DNA of 64,000 nucleotides from Octopus vulgaris. Lineage: Eukaryota. The position numbers were made by a program, and so were the translations under genes. The DNA lies in contig OX597839.1 in NCBI GenBank assembly GCA_951406725.2, positions 7,874,001 through 7,938,000 on the forward strand, read 5' to 3'. This document shows, one piece after another, positions 1 through 12,561 of this stretch (its first letter is position 1; each line of letters starts with the position of its first letter). The notes under the pieces are model-generated. The model was not told the origin of the DNA. It was given only the letters and a program-made list of their open reading frames with translations, and did not search any database.

Positions 1-114
1 GTCTCTAATGTATTATGAAAGAATATAATAAAGATCATCCATACATTCTGGCATTTAAACAGTAATAAACTGTTTTGTAAAGCGTGACAATTCCATGAGC
101 CGAAATATTTTAAG

Positions 115-617
115 ATGTCTGCAATGATCAATTCATCGCAGGAGAGTTCACTGCTAACAATTCACCGTGAAGAAAGTTTACTCCGAGAAAAGCTCACCAC
201 AAGGAAAGTGTACCGAGAAAACATATCCATAGTCTCACCATTCAGCGGATTCGCGGTCGAGGGATCGCGGGTTCGAATCTCAGACCGGGCGATGCGTGTG
301 TTTATGAGCAAAACACCTAAGCTCCACGCGGCTCCGGCAGAAAGTAATGGCGAACTTTTGCTGACTCTTTCGCCACAACTTTCTCTCACTCTTTCCTCCT
401 GCATCTAGCAGCTCACCTGTGATGGACCGGCGTCCTGTCCAGGTGGAGAAACTATATGCCGATGAAACCGGGAAACCGGCCCATTATGAGCCAGACATGG
501 CTTGAAAAGGAACAAAACAATCTCACCATTAATAGTTAAAAACTATTTAATCGGAAAAATAAACGGTGAATTGATGCCGGTTAACTTTCTCTGCGGTGAA
601 TTGATGACGGTTAACTT
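115..617. mobile_element. Degenerate MITE-like element with inverted ends built of ~15-bp subrepeats (AATTCACCG-like), interrupted by a SINE
   Basis: Left end CAATTCATCGCAGGAGAGTTCACTGCTAACAATTCACCGTGAAGAAAGTT is an imperfect inverted copy of right end AACTTTCTCTGCGGTGAATTGATGACGGTTAACTT; boundaries approximate. Confidence 0.45.
243..520 (+). mobile_element. tRNA-derived SINE family D, tail type 2 (5'-truncated)
   Basis: B-box GGTTCGAATCTC; homologous to 28483-28780 and 50724-51005; 10-bp TSD TCTCACCATT at 233-242 and 521-530. Confidence 0.85.
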
Positions 618-1085
618 AGCGGACATGCTGGAGATCATTTGGTTGGTAGCATCGGTTGAGCGACAGACGATACTTAGATGTGTATCTCTGTATCAACAAG
701 ACCTTCGGATGTTGTTCTACAACACTGGTCATAATGCGCAACCATGCATTGTCGGAGTTTTCGTATGATGCCATATTGCTGGTTAGGCGTGTAGGCTTGT
801 AGGTGAATGAACTGAAACAAAGAGGAATCGAAAGCACGGTCTTGATCTTGAGAACAACACCCTAACCACAAGTCCAAGCGCCTTTGTATTCGCGATATGA
901 ATGTTGGTGTATAAATGTTGTTTGTTTAATGAACGATCTGCGAAACTTTAACCATTGTCATTACGATGAGACAGGAGAAAAGTATCAGTGGTGTGTCAGG
1001 TAAATTGATTTTTTCCCAAAAAATCAACGTCCTCGTTGGCAGAATCGGCAGAGCATCAGAAAAAGAAATGCCTTCCTATATTTCT

Positions 1086-1266
1086 TATTTCTTTACTACC
1101 CACAAGGGGCTAAACACAGAGGGGACAAACAAGGACAAACAAAGGGATTAAGTCGATTACATCGACCCCAGTGCGTAACTGGTACATAATTTATCGAGCC
1201 CGAAAGGACGAAAGGCAAAGTCGACCTCGGCGGAATTTGAACCCAGAACGTAACGGCAGACGAAAT
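1086..1266 (-). mobile_element. SINE family B (5'-truncated)
   Basis: Reverse complement matches the many B copies (B-box-like GGTTCAAATTCC, core GTCGACTTTGCCTTTC..CCTTTCGGG.TCGATAAAT, tail GTGGGTAGTAAAGAAATA). Confidence 0.85.
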
Positions 1267-1559
1267 GTTTTGTGGTTTTTAACTGATTTGTCTGATGTGC
1301 TGCGTTGGTTTTGGCGTTTGTATGCATGAGTGTGCATCAATACACATTCGCTTGCATATGTGAGTGCACACATACGAGTATGTTTCTGTCTTTGAGTGCT
1401 TTGTATGTATGCATGCTTATGCATTCATATGTGTGTATGTATGCCCATGTAAGTGTGTGTAGTTTGCTAAAGCGAGATGGAGAGGTCGTGGACGGTGTGG
1501 TGGTAGGGCGAGATGCGCTGCAGAACTGTGGTAGAGTTGATGGAGGTGACGGCGGCACG

Positions 1560-2220
1560 TGTGTCGTGGTGGTGGTAGAGGTTGCGTTGTTTTTGCTGTT
1601 GTTGTCGGTAATGTTGTCTGTGGTGATGGCGTTCGTGGTGGTGTTGGTGGTGTTGTTGTTGTTGTTGGTGGTGGTGGTATTGATAGTAGTGGCGACGGCA
1701 ACTGCGGTGGCAGTGGTGAAGTTGTCGGGTGGTGGTGGTGGTGGTAGGTGGTGGTGGTGGTGGTGGTGGTGGTGGTGGCGGTGGTGGTGGTGGTGGTTTG
1801 GCGGTGGTGGTGTTGGTGGTGGCGGTGGAGGTGGTGGTTTGGCGGTGGTGGTGGTGGTTTGGCGGTGGTGGTGGTGGTTTGGCGGTGGTGGTGGTAGCGG
1901 TGGTAGTGGTGGTCGTGGTAGTGGTGGTGGTGGTAATTTGGTGGTGGCGGTAGTGGTGGTAGTGGTGGTAGCGGTAGTGGTGGTGGTGGTGGTTTGGTGG
2001 TGGTGGTTGGTGGTGGTGGTGGTGGTGGTGGTGGTGGTGGTGGTGTTGGTGGTGGTGGTGGCGGCGGCGGTGTCGCTAGTTGAAGTAGCGGGCGTTTTTA
2101 CGGTGGTCGTGGCGTTTGTGGTAGAGGTGAAAATGGCGTCGATGACGGCGGTGGAAGCGGTGGTGGTGGTGGTGGCAGCAGCGAGGGGTGGTGGCACCGG
2201 CGATAGTGTTAGCGGTGGTG
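1560..2220. repeat. Imperfect (GGT)n/(GTT)n trinucleotide array
   Basis: Direct reading; explains the poly-V/G/W/T/P ORFs. Confidence 0.95.
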
Positions 2221-2689
2221 AATTTCGCAATGTGGTTGCGGCTACAGCGGTGCGGGTGTGGTGTGACTACGTTGTGGTGATATGCTATGTTTCACATGGC
2301 GGTGCTGATATGGCCGCCGAACCTTTGATGTGTTGTGTTAGATGTGGTGTTTGCGGTGCGTCTGTAAGTGTTGTAATACGCGTGTATTTATGTATGTACA
2401 TGTATGTGTAAATGTATATATGAATGCGTCTCTATGTGATTGTATTTATGTATGTATATACGTGTTTATGTATGCGTTTATTTGAGCGTATGTCGATAAA
2501 CGCATGTGTGTATGTATGTATCTATGTGCTTCTGGTGTGAACGTGTGTGTGTATTTATGTATCTGTTTACGTATCTGTTCTTTATGTATGTATATGTATG
2601 CATGTGTGTGAATATACGTGCACCAGTGTGTATCTAAGTACGCATATGTAGGTATGTACATTATGAATACGATTTGTAAGGGGAACAAT

Positions 2690-2742
<53 letters not shown>

Positions 2743-2761
2743 GATTTGTAAGGGGCACAAT

Positions 2762-2813
<52 letters not shown>

Positions 2814-2819
<6 letters not shown>

Positions 2820-2977
2820 AATTCACAAAAAAAAAGCAAAAGACGAAGTTAGGTGGTGTAGACAACAAACAGATGTATTAGTTTAACGCTCGGGATGTGA
2901 AACGGTCTTTAACGTTTCGAGCCTACGCTCTTCCACAGAAAGGAACAAACAGCGAAAATAAAGAAAGTGTAGTGGCT
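2814..2977 (-). mobile_element. Microsatellite-associated mini-element with compact hammerhead-like motif (subfamily H1b)
   Basis: Abuts (TA)n; homologous to 40699-40880. Confidence 0.75.
2907..2942 (-). ncRNA. Minimal type-I hammerhead-like motif, core variant CUGUGGA
   Basis: Minus strand CTTT-CTGTGGA-A-GAGC(GTAG)GCTC-GAA-ACGT-T-AAAG: stem I CTTT/AAAG, stem II GAGC/GCTC, palindromic stem III; A6 is substituted. Confidence 0.5.
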
Positions 2978-3250
2978 GCGTGTGTGAGAGTGAGTGTATA
3001 TGTTTGTGCGTGATTAACACATTCTAACAATTGATGTAGTTATGTTTGCGTGCCCGTAAAATAGCGGCACTGCAAAAGACATTGAGAGAATTAGTACCAG
3101 ACTTGAAAGACCTACTACGCTTGATTGAAAACGCATTGAAGGCGGTGGAACAGCAAGGCCGCAGTCCAATGACTGAAGCAAGTAACAGATTAAAAGTAAT
3201 CAAAAATAAATATAACCTTGTCTATTGCGGTTGTTAATTTTGAGGGACGT

Positions 3251-3457
3251 TTACTCTTTTACTTGTTTCAGTCATTTGACTGCGGCCATGCTGGAGCACC
3301 GCCTTTAGTCGAGCAAATCGACTCCAGGACCTATTCTCTGTAAGCCTAGTAATTTATCGGTTTCTCTTTTGCCGAACCGCTAAGTTACGGGGAGTAAACA
3401 CACCAGCATCGGTTGTCAAGCGATGTTGGAGGGACAAACACAGACACACAAACATAT

Positions 3458-3494
<37 letters not shown>

Positions 3495-3746
3495 TCCTGA
3501 GCGCCTATTAATAATAATACTGTAATTGTTCCATTGTTGTTGTTTTTTTGTTTTCCCGTTTGGATTAAAATTATATATATATATATATATATATACCTAT
3601 ATATACATATATACGACGGGCTTCTTTCAGTTTCCGTCTACCAAATCCATACACAAGGCATTGGTCAGCCCGAGGCTATAGTAGAAGATACCTGCCCAAG
3701 GTGCCACGCAGTGGGACTGAACCCGGAACCATGTGGTTCGTAAGTA
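3251..3746 (-). mobile_element. SINE family A, with an insertion in its internal TA/CA microsatellite
   Basis: Matches the full copies at 39511-39935 and 62986-63403; foreign segment at 3494-3572. Confidence 0.9.
3494..3572 (+). mobile_element. Truncated H1a mini-element inside (TA)n
   Basis: TTCCTGAGCGCCTATTAATAATAATACTG...TTGTTTTCCCGTTTGGATTAA aligns with 61125-61204 and, inverted, with 58573-58652. Confidence 0.7.
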
Positions 3747-4297
3747 GATAATGTCTCAACGTTTCTTAAATGCGATGCCAGCAACGGAGGTGGCAGTGGT
3801 GGTGATGGTGGATGTGATGATGTCATTGGTGTGTTACCGTGTAGCTTGATGTGAAGTAGTTGTAGTGATAGGGGTGTAATGCTAACAGCGATGTGTTTTA
3901 AATTGGCTGCTGACATTGAGGATGTTCATAGCTCAAGAACGAAGAGCTTCACTAATTTCCAATAGAATTATCGAAAAGTCATCGATAATCTGTTTAAGAG
4001 TTGATATGGGCTGAGCACCTGGGCGGGCTACGCGGTTTGATTAAGCCTATAACAAAAGGCAATCCATCTGTGACAGCTCCGACTCTGTAATCATCTCTTA
4101 TCTTCCTGTTTCTTTAAATCATTGGAGCAGGCTCTCGAAGGGTTTAGTCGAATCATTTAACCCTAGTACTTAGTTGCTTTTTTCTTTCTTTTTTTTTATT
4201 TCTGATACTGATTCAATTGAACTGTTTTGTGTTTATATACTTATATTATCATGGTGAAGTTTCTGATGATAGCATTGGATGTAGCTTTTTTAGCTGT

Positions 4298-4402
4298 TGG
4301 TGATGATGATGATGATGGTAGATCTGGTGGTTGTCGCAATGGTGATGGCAGTTGAGGTGATTGTGTTGGGATTGGGTAACATTAGTAGAAGTAGTAGTGG
4401 TG

Positions 4403-4445
<43 letters not shown>

Positions 4446-4539
4446 CAGCAGCAATAGTAGTATTAGTGATAGTAGCAGCAGCAGCAGTAGTAGTAGTAGT
4501 AATAGTAGCAGCAGCAGTAGTAGTAGTAGTAGCAGCAGG

Positions 4540-4570
<31 letters not shown>

Positions 4571-4587
4571 ATAGTAGCAGCAGCAGC

Positions 4588-4657
<70 letters not shown>

Positions 4658-4876
4658 ATGGTGGTGGTAGTGGTGGTGGTGGTGGTTGTGATAGCGTTGA
4701 TTATGGTAATGGTAATGATGGTGTGAAAGTGGTTGTGATGGTAGGTACGATGGTGGTGGTTCTGGTGGAGGTGTTGGTGGTGGTGTTGGTGGTGGTGTTG
4801 GTGGTGGTGGTGGTGGTGGTGGTGGTGGTGGTGGTGTTGGTGGTGGTGGTGGTGGTGGTGTTGGTGGTGGTGGTTA
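4298..4876. repeat. Compound (GAT)/(AGT)/(AGC)/(GGT)n array
   Basis: Direct reading. Confidence 0.95.
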
Positions 4877-5004
4877 TGTTAGATGTTACCTAATTAGTTG
4901 CAAATTTCTTCAGCCTACTTGGCTGTTTAATTAGACGGAACTGCTTGTTTTGCACCATTGATCAATCAATCGTTGGTGGTGGGCAAGGGAAGGGAGGTAG
5001 TCAC

Positions 5005-5479
5005 AGAGAGAGAGAGAGAGAGAGAGAAAGAGAAAGAGAGAGAGGGACAGAGAGAGGGGGAAAGAAAGGAGAGATAGCGAGATAACAGAAATATTGAGAG
5101 ACAGAATGAGAAACAAAATCGGGAGAAGGAAATGATAAAAGGAGAGATGGAGTGAGAGGAGAGAGAGAGAAAAAGAGAGAGGAAGAGAGAAAAAGAGACA
5201 AAAAGAGAGAGAGTGAAAAAAGAGAAAGAGCGAGAAACTGAGAGAGAGAGAAAGAAGGAGGTAAGGAGAATAAGAAAGAGAGAGAGAGAGAAGGAGAGTG
5301 GGAGAAAGAGAGAATAAAAAGGAGAAAAGAAATGAAGGAATGATATGAGAGAGAAAAGTTGAGACAAAAAAGAGAAGAGAGAGGGAGAGAATCTAGAAAT
5401 AAATGGACATATAAAGATAGATAGACAGACAGGCAGACATAGATAGATAGAGAGAGACAGTTAGACAGACAGACAGACG

Positions 5480-5551
<72 letters not shown>

Positions 5552-5570
5552 TATTGACAGACAGGCAGAC

Positions 5571-5629
<59 letters not shown>

Positions 5630-5693
5630 TATTGACAGACAGGCAGACATAGATAGATAGAGAGAGACAAACAGACAGACAGACAGACAGACG

Positions 5694-5737
<44 letters not shown>

Positions 5738-5756
5738 TATTGACAGACAGGCAGAC

Positions 5757-5803
<47 letters not shown>

Positions 5804-5867
5804 TATTGACAGACAGGCAGACATAGATAGATAGAGAGAGACAAACAGACAGACAGACAGACAGACG

Positions 5868-5915
<48 letters not shown>

Positions 5916-5979
5916 TATTGACAGACAGACAGACATAGATAGATAGAGAGAGACAAACAGACAGACAGACAGACAGACG

Positions 5980-6039
<60 letters not shown>

Positions 6040-6058
6040 TATAGACAGACAGGCAGAC

Positions 6059-6103
<45 letters not shown>

Positions 6104-6235
6104 CAGACAGATTGATAGACAGACAGATTGATGGATATATAGACAGACAGCAGAGAGACAGACAGACAGTCAGATAGACAGACAGACAGACAGACAGATA
6201 GACAGACAGGCAGGCAGGCAGATGGAGAGATAGAT
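5005..6235. repeat. GA-rich purine tract followed by a (GATA)n/(GACA)n array with higher-order units
   Basis: Recurrent interruptions ATATTGACAGACAGGCAGACAT and GAGAGAGACAAACAGAC...GACGGATAG. Confidence 0.95.
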
Positions 6236-6568
6236 AGAATGAGGGTCAAAAATAGGGGTGAGATGGAGGTGGGGAGAAATGATGGCGATAAAGGCGAAGT
6301 TAGTGAGAAGTTGAGAGAAAGTGAGAGATTGAGAGAGAAGAGTGAACGAAGTGGTATGTTGTGTTTCAGGGCGAAGGGGGGGGGGATGATACAGGGTGAT
6401 GGTGTTGCAGGTGTGGGCGGCGGAAAAGTGAGAGGTGGAGATGGCGAGAGTAGAGAGAGGTCACATATCGATCACTCATTGAACTCTTCCTTTTCTACTG
6501 CATCACCTCAACAACTTATCCCAACAGCCACCGCTACTCACGCTTTATTCTCATGGCTCCTGCTCTTG

Positions 6569-6599
<31 letters not shown>

Positions 6600-6812
6600 A
6601 TCCTCTCTCTCTCTCTCTGTCGTCTCTACTCTTTAACGCTTCTTGCACCTTCTTCCCTCTTTCCTCCTATCCTTTTACTTTATTATCATCACTCAAATCA
6701 TCATCATCACTCATCATCACTCTCTCTTTCTCAGTCTTTCTATCATGCTATCTATCGATTTATCTCTCCTTCAATCTGTCAAATGGCGTCGGACGGCATG
6801 AGGTCAGCTTCA

Positions 6813-6855
<43 letters not shown>

Positions 6856-6956
6856 GTAGTTATATATGTGTATGTATGGATATATATATTATTATTTTAT
6901 TTATTTCTTAAACAATATTGTTTAAATATATTTGCTTATTTATTTAACTATTATCA

Positions 6957-7056
6957 TTAACCTGAAGATTAAATATAACCATAATTCGAATTTGTAATTG
7001 AATCTAAATTATTGTAATTCGAATTAGGTTATGGCCATGAAACGTATGTAGTGGTT
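6957..7056 (+). ncRNA. Degenerate hammerhead-like motif in an AT-rich island (~6890-7312)
   Basis: CTGAAGA (6962-6968), long hairpin ATAACCATAATTCGAAT/ATTCGAATTAGGTTAT, GAAACGTATGTA (7039-7050); stem I and the base of stem II are eroded. Confidence 0.45.
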
Positions 7057-7320
7057 TTACTTATCTTATAATAAACTTATTAATACTTTTTGATAGTTAT
7101 ATATAATTATGATAAAAAATATTTAAATTTAAAAAATCATAAATATAAATATAAATATAAATTAATAATTTTAAATTTAAATAATTTAGATTTTAAATTT
7201 TATATTTTATATATTTTGTAAATTATATTAATTATTTTTATTTTTATGTTTTGGTTTATGTTTTTCATTGTTTGATTTGCCTAAAGTGGTTTTTATCTCT
7301 AATTTAATTTATATATAAAT

Positions 7321-7733
7321 GTGGCTGTGTGGTAAGTAGCTTGTTTACCAACCAAATGGTTCCGGGTTCAGTCCTACTGCGTGGCACCTTGGGTTAGTGT
7401 CTTCTACTATAGCCTCGGGCCGACCAAAGCCTTGTGAGTGGATTTGGTAGACGGAAACTGAAAGAAGCCCGTCGTATATATGTATATGTATATATATATA
7501 TATGTATGTGTGTGTTTGTGTGTCTGTGTTTGTCCCCCTAGCATTGTTTGACAACCGATGCTGGTGTGTTTATGTCCCCGTTACTTAGCGGTTCGGCAAA
7601 AAGAGACCGATAGAATAAGTACTGGGCTTACAAAAGTATAAGTCCCGGGGTCGAGCTGCTCGATTAAAGGCGGTGCTCCAGCATGGCCGCAGTCAAATGA
7701 CTGAAACAAGTAAAAGAGTAAAGAGTAAAGAGT
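7321..7733 (+). mobile_element. SINE family A, near full length
   Basis: A-box TGGCTGTGTGG, B-box GGTTCAGTCC, internal TA/TG microsatellite, tail AAGGCGGTGCTCCAGCATGGCCGCAGTC..(AAAAGAGT)n. Confidence 0.92.
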
Positions 7734-7754
7734 ATATGTATGTATGTATGTATA

Positions 7755-7921
7755 TACAACGGACTTCTTTCAATTTCGAACTACCAATTCCACTCACAAG
7801 ACTTTGGTTAGTCTCAGGCTACAGTAGAAGACACTTGCCCATGGTGCCACGCAGTGGGACTGAAACCCGATCCATGTGGTTGGAAAGCAAGCTGTTTGCC
7901 ATTCAGCCACGCCTGCGCCTA
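7755..7921 (-). mobile_element. SINE family A, diverged 5' half
   Basis: Reverse-complement homology to the A head. Confidence 0.8.
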
Positions 7922-8376
7922 CGTATGTGTGTATAAAGAGAGAATATACGGTAAGGAGTAGGACGTACGTGGGTTTCTGTTGCTATGTGTGTGTTCATAT
8001 ACTGCCCCACCCGTGGCCAAGTTTTATGTGTGTGCTATAGAACACAGATTTCGAGTTGATTACTCAATCCCAGGACCCTGTGGTGAATAGAATATAATAT
8101 TTGGGTGCCAGGGTATGTTAGGGTGCTACGTTAATTGAAAACATTTGGAACTAATTTTTACTACCCGTTCTACACTCTGAAGTCTCCAGTTAGGGTTTTC
8201 TTGTGTCCTATGTCTGACGCAAATGTACATAAATCCATATAAACATATTAATGCACTCAATCAAACACGCACACACGTTCGCGTATATGTACACGAACAC
8301 GCAGAAAAAGACAGGGGCAGATAATATAAGTTGACGTTTTATATATATTTATATGTGTATGCATATACACATAGAA

Positions 8377-8421
<45 letters not shown>

Positions 8422-8615
8422 CGCACACACATACATATGCATATAAATACATACATACATACATATATAAATGTGTGTGCGTGTGTGTATTCATAAATAT
8501 ATATATAAATAATTATATGTCTATGTCAAAATGAAATTATATTTGCATAGAAATGTTTACGTATATATACATATGTAAGTATATGTTCTTGCACATACAT
8601 ACATACATATATATA

Positions 8616-8699
<84 letters not shown>

Positions 8700-8775
8700 G
8701 CTTATTTGTATAAAATAGAAAAAATAATAATGTGGAGCATAAAATTAATAGCTACACATGCCTATATATATATAC

Positions 8776-8893
<118 letters not shown>

Positions 8894-9307
8894 CGTGTGA
8901 GGAAATGAGATAATATACATATATTAGTGAGTCGCGTAAATGGAAGATTTCAGGCATTTTTAGTACTTTTAGTATTGTAGGATAATCAAAACCAGTGCAT
9001 AACGTTCCCCGTCAAACATTATTCAAGATTATATTTATGTAGGAGTCGCGAGATGAAACAGTTGGGATGGATTGAAACGGAGGGAGGGAGCCATATGTAA
9101 TTTTAGAAATACGAGCAAAATATTCGGAGAAATATAAAACAAAAAAAGGTAAGGTGGTGAGATATAATGGAATAAATCAATTTGGAATCCAAATATGAAA
9201 CATGCGAAAAACCGCCAGTCTTTCCGCTGCTGTGTTTTATTATCGCCGCAGTAGACATGTTTTTATATGTAAATACACACATACGTACAAATGTTTATAT
9301 AGAGATA

Positions 9308-9347
<40 letters not shown>

Positions 9348-9540
9348 ACAATTGCCGCCCCGGTCGGTTTCGACGAATGAGTGTTTGAAGGAGAGAACTT
9401 ATAGTTAAAGAGAATAATATATATATATATATATACATACATACATACATATATATAAGTGGAAAAATTACCATTATGTGGAAACCATTATGCTGGAAGA
9501 AAATCCGCTGTGGTCTTACCACTAAGAATTATTCCCTAGC

Positions 9541-9625
9541 AAATTTAACAAACACCAAAAACGTAAGCGAGCCAGACAAATGAAAAGTAACATGCTCGCT
9601 TACGTTTCAAGTGTTTGCTAAATTT
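9541..9625. repeat. 85-nt hairpin (32-bp arms, 4 mismatches, 21-nt loop)
   Basis: AAATTTAACAAACACCAAAAACGTAAGCGAGC (9541-9572) pairs with GCTCGCTTACGTTTCAAGTGTTTGCTAAATTT (9594-9625). Confidence 0.85.
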
Positions 9626-9681
9626 TCCATTACACTTCAGACAGATTCAGCGCTGAATTGCTGAAGCAGAAATATCGTTAG

Positions 9682-9837
9682 AGCAAATATTCTGCTCAAT
9701 ACTACAGATTTGTCCGTCAGTTCCTTCACCATAACCACTTGCGCATATCCTTCAGTGGCTACCAATATATGCGTCTCTGATCGTAATTAGGAGTACTGGA
9801 GTATACAAACCATGTGCTGAGAGGATTTTTTTGAGTG
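9682..9837 (+). mobile_element. Repeat family C, diverged fragment
   Basis: AGCAAATATTCTGCTCAATACTACAGATTTG shared with the copies at 15270-15750 and 34666-34832. Confidence 0.75.
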
Positions 9838-10350
9838 TTAATAAATGTAACGAAAGCAAAATTTAAAGAAAGTATCAGCCATTTTTCATACTTTCAAAGG
9901 ATAAGCAAATAGAAAATAGCTGTTGCTACCCAGGGACAAAAATAGTGTTACAAGGTATTATTAACAGGCATCAGACTTATGAATCAATTAGTCTTCGGCT
10001 GGATTTCTTCACGAAGTTCCCACGCCTCAAATATTTAGTTCCAAATGGTTTATTCCACCACTCGTGCTTGTATGTAGATATTATAGAATGGAGTGCTTCT
10101 TATCTGTATTTATCACAGAATGAAATGTAATATTAATGTAAACAGCGGCAATTCAAGTCTACGACACTATTTCTAGGCATAGAATAAGAAATGTTAATCA
10201 TAATTATGATTCGGATACTCTTGGGAGATATGTAGGTACATGATTTTATACTTTACAAGTTCCAGCTAATTGGCTGTGGCGATACTGGAACGCCTCCAAG
10301 GAGAATGTCTACCAAATTCCCCTTTCTCTGATTACTTATGTGTGTGTGTG

Positions 10351-10384
<34 letters not shown>

Positions 10385-10388
<4 letters not shown>

Positions 10389-10725
10389 AAAGTAATATAG
10401 GGGCTATGAGTATCTGTCTTATCATTTATTTTCTTGTTCTTATTGGATAGTATAGGAAGCATGTTTTTTATATATCAATATTATTATTATAATTTTATAG
10501 CTACGTATATCCTCTGACGAGGCCTTTGGATATTTAAACAGACAAATATAATCTTTAATGCCTAAGACTATACTACAATGGCATATATGGGCAATTTAAG
10601 TTGGATTGTCTCTTCACCATAGGCTGAAACAGCTGTAAGGACCAGTTTATTTGTACCATTTTTATTTTATTATTAATTTGCATTTTGATGTATATTGTTT
10701 TGTTCGATTTTCATGTTCCTATTTG
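10385..10725 (+). mobile_element. ~340-bp non-coding island inserted in (TA)n, carrying a hammerhead ribozyme (family H2)
   Basis: Flanked by TA arrays on both sides; no long ORF; contains the motif at 10510-10641. Confidence 0.7.
10510..10641 (+). ncRNA. Type-I hammerhead ribozyme (canonical core, GUA site)
   Basis: Stem I TCCT/AGGA; core CTGACGA (10514-10520); stem II GGCCT/AGGCT enclosing 95 nt; GAA; palindromic stem III ACAGCTGT; predicted cleavage after A10637. Confidence 0.75.
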
Positions 10726-10731
10726 TATATA

Positions 10732-10785
<54 letters not shown>

Positions 10786-10799
10786 CCTCTTTGCACGTA

Positions 10800-10982
10800 T
10801 ACTCTTCTACTTGTTTCAGTCTTTTGACTGTGGCCATTCAAGCAAATCGACCCTAGAACTTACTCTTTGTAAGCCTAGTACTTATTCTATCGGTCTCTTA
10901 TGCCGAACCGCTAAGTTACGGGGATGTAAACACACCAACATCGGTTGTCAAGCGATGTTGAGTGACAAACACAGACACACAA

Positions 10983-11022
<40 letters not shown>

Positions 11023-11173
11023 GCGACAGGTTTCTTACTGTTTTCGTCTACCAAATCCACTCACAAGGCTTTGGTCGGCCCGAGGCTATAGTAGAAGACA
11101 CTTGCCCAAGGTGCCACACAGTGGGACTGTACCCGATATCATTTGGTTCGTAAGTAGGCTACTTACCACACAT

Positions 11174-11175
<2 letters not shown>
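10800..11175 (-). mobile_element. SINE family A
   Basis: Reverse-complement homology with a small internal deletion. Confidence 0.88.
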
Positions 11176-11248
<73 letters not shown>

Positions 11249-12503
11249 TAAACATGCATATGAAAATGTGTGTGCGTGTGTATGGTGGAGATCTTTTTAT
11301 TTATAACTTGGCATGAACGACCCTTAAATAGTTGTAGTATTCTGAGTTGCATCCAATTTTTTTCTCTGTTTTTTCACAAGTCATACGTTATGAACAATTA
11401 AAAAGAAAAGTGTCTTACCAGTATGGCACTTTTACCAAAATAAATACAAACTTCAAAACTATAAAGGGAGATACGTAAAATAAGGAACAAAATAATAACA
11501 TAAAGAGGGTCTTTGAGCTATTAAGAAAGAAATCATTACATAAAAATTATTGTTATCATCTTCAAAAAGATCGAATAGAATTTTTTACTTATTTTTATTA
11601 CGTTTGCGAATATATTTTATTTTATTTCTCTATTTTTCGCCCATTTATTTATTTATTTATTTATTTATATATTTATTTATTCATCAGTTAGTTAGTTAAA
11701 AGGAACCATTCGGGAAGAATTTCAACTCTAAACAATTTCGTTAAATGCTATTATTATTTAAAGCGTTTCGGACCTCCCCACCAACCGCCAACCATAGAAG
11801 CCGATGCAATAATATCCAATTCTGCTATGTGTTTCTCTTAGTTTTGTTTACTCTTTTTTTATTTTATTTTTATTTATATTAATTTATATATATTTATTTA
11901 ATTTTTTTTTTTTTTGCTATTTTCTACATCTTTATATATCCTGCTGAAAAATGTAAAAAAAGCTCCCTAAGGGATTCTGGTATTTATTAATATTTCTCCA
12001 TTTTCCCATTCAATTACTACCATTTGATTACAAGGGAGAAAAAAAAAAAAATTCCGCATCTAAATTAATAAATAAATAAAAACAACAAAGCAACACCAAA
12101 AAAGAAACCGAAACAAATGTACAACTACGGAGTTGCAATTGTTTATTTGTTGTACATCTGTCTGCATGTATGACTGAGCGTGACAACGTAGGTGCATGTG
12201 TGAGTATGAACTTATGTCCATGTGCGCGCATATAAGATATGTACTTGCATGTTCATATACGTAAATATGTGTGTGCGAGTACGTGTGAATGTGTGTGTGA
12301 GTTCGTGTGAATGTGCGTGTGTAAAAGTTTGAATTTAGTTATCACTTATGTGTATATGTACGGGTACGTATATCAAAATAGACGCGAAGATATTGCTGTA
12401 CATGTATAAATATAAGTACGCATATATGTATAACCGCATGCATGGACATGGGGGAGAATGCGCACGCACACATGCACTCACATGCACCTACACATACACA
12501 CAG

Positions 12504-12558
<55 letters not shown>

Positions 12559-12561
<3 letters not shown>

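Noticed and set aside
616-900. Moderately GC-rich segment with short ORFs (similar segments at 13880-14090, 14480-14860, 25600-25830)
   Set aside because: No recognisable protein motif or convincing splice-site pair; probably old transposon debris that I cannot classify
1305-2411. 368-aa ORF and the antisense 297-aa Thr/Pro/His-rich ORF (mucin- or extensin-like)
   Set aside because: Stop-free only because of the (GGT)n array; open in several frames on both strands
4297-4893. Poly-Ser ORF, and other poly-I/Y/L/H/M ORFs (16158-17074, 49167-49802, 54748-55254, 62166-62767)
   Set aside because: Trinucleotide arrays with no domain content
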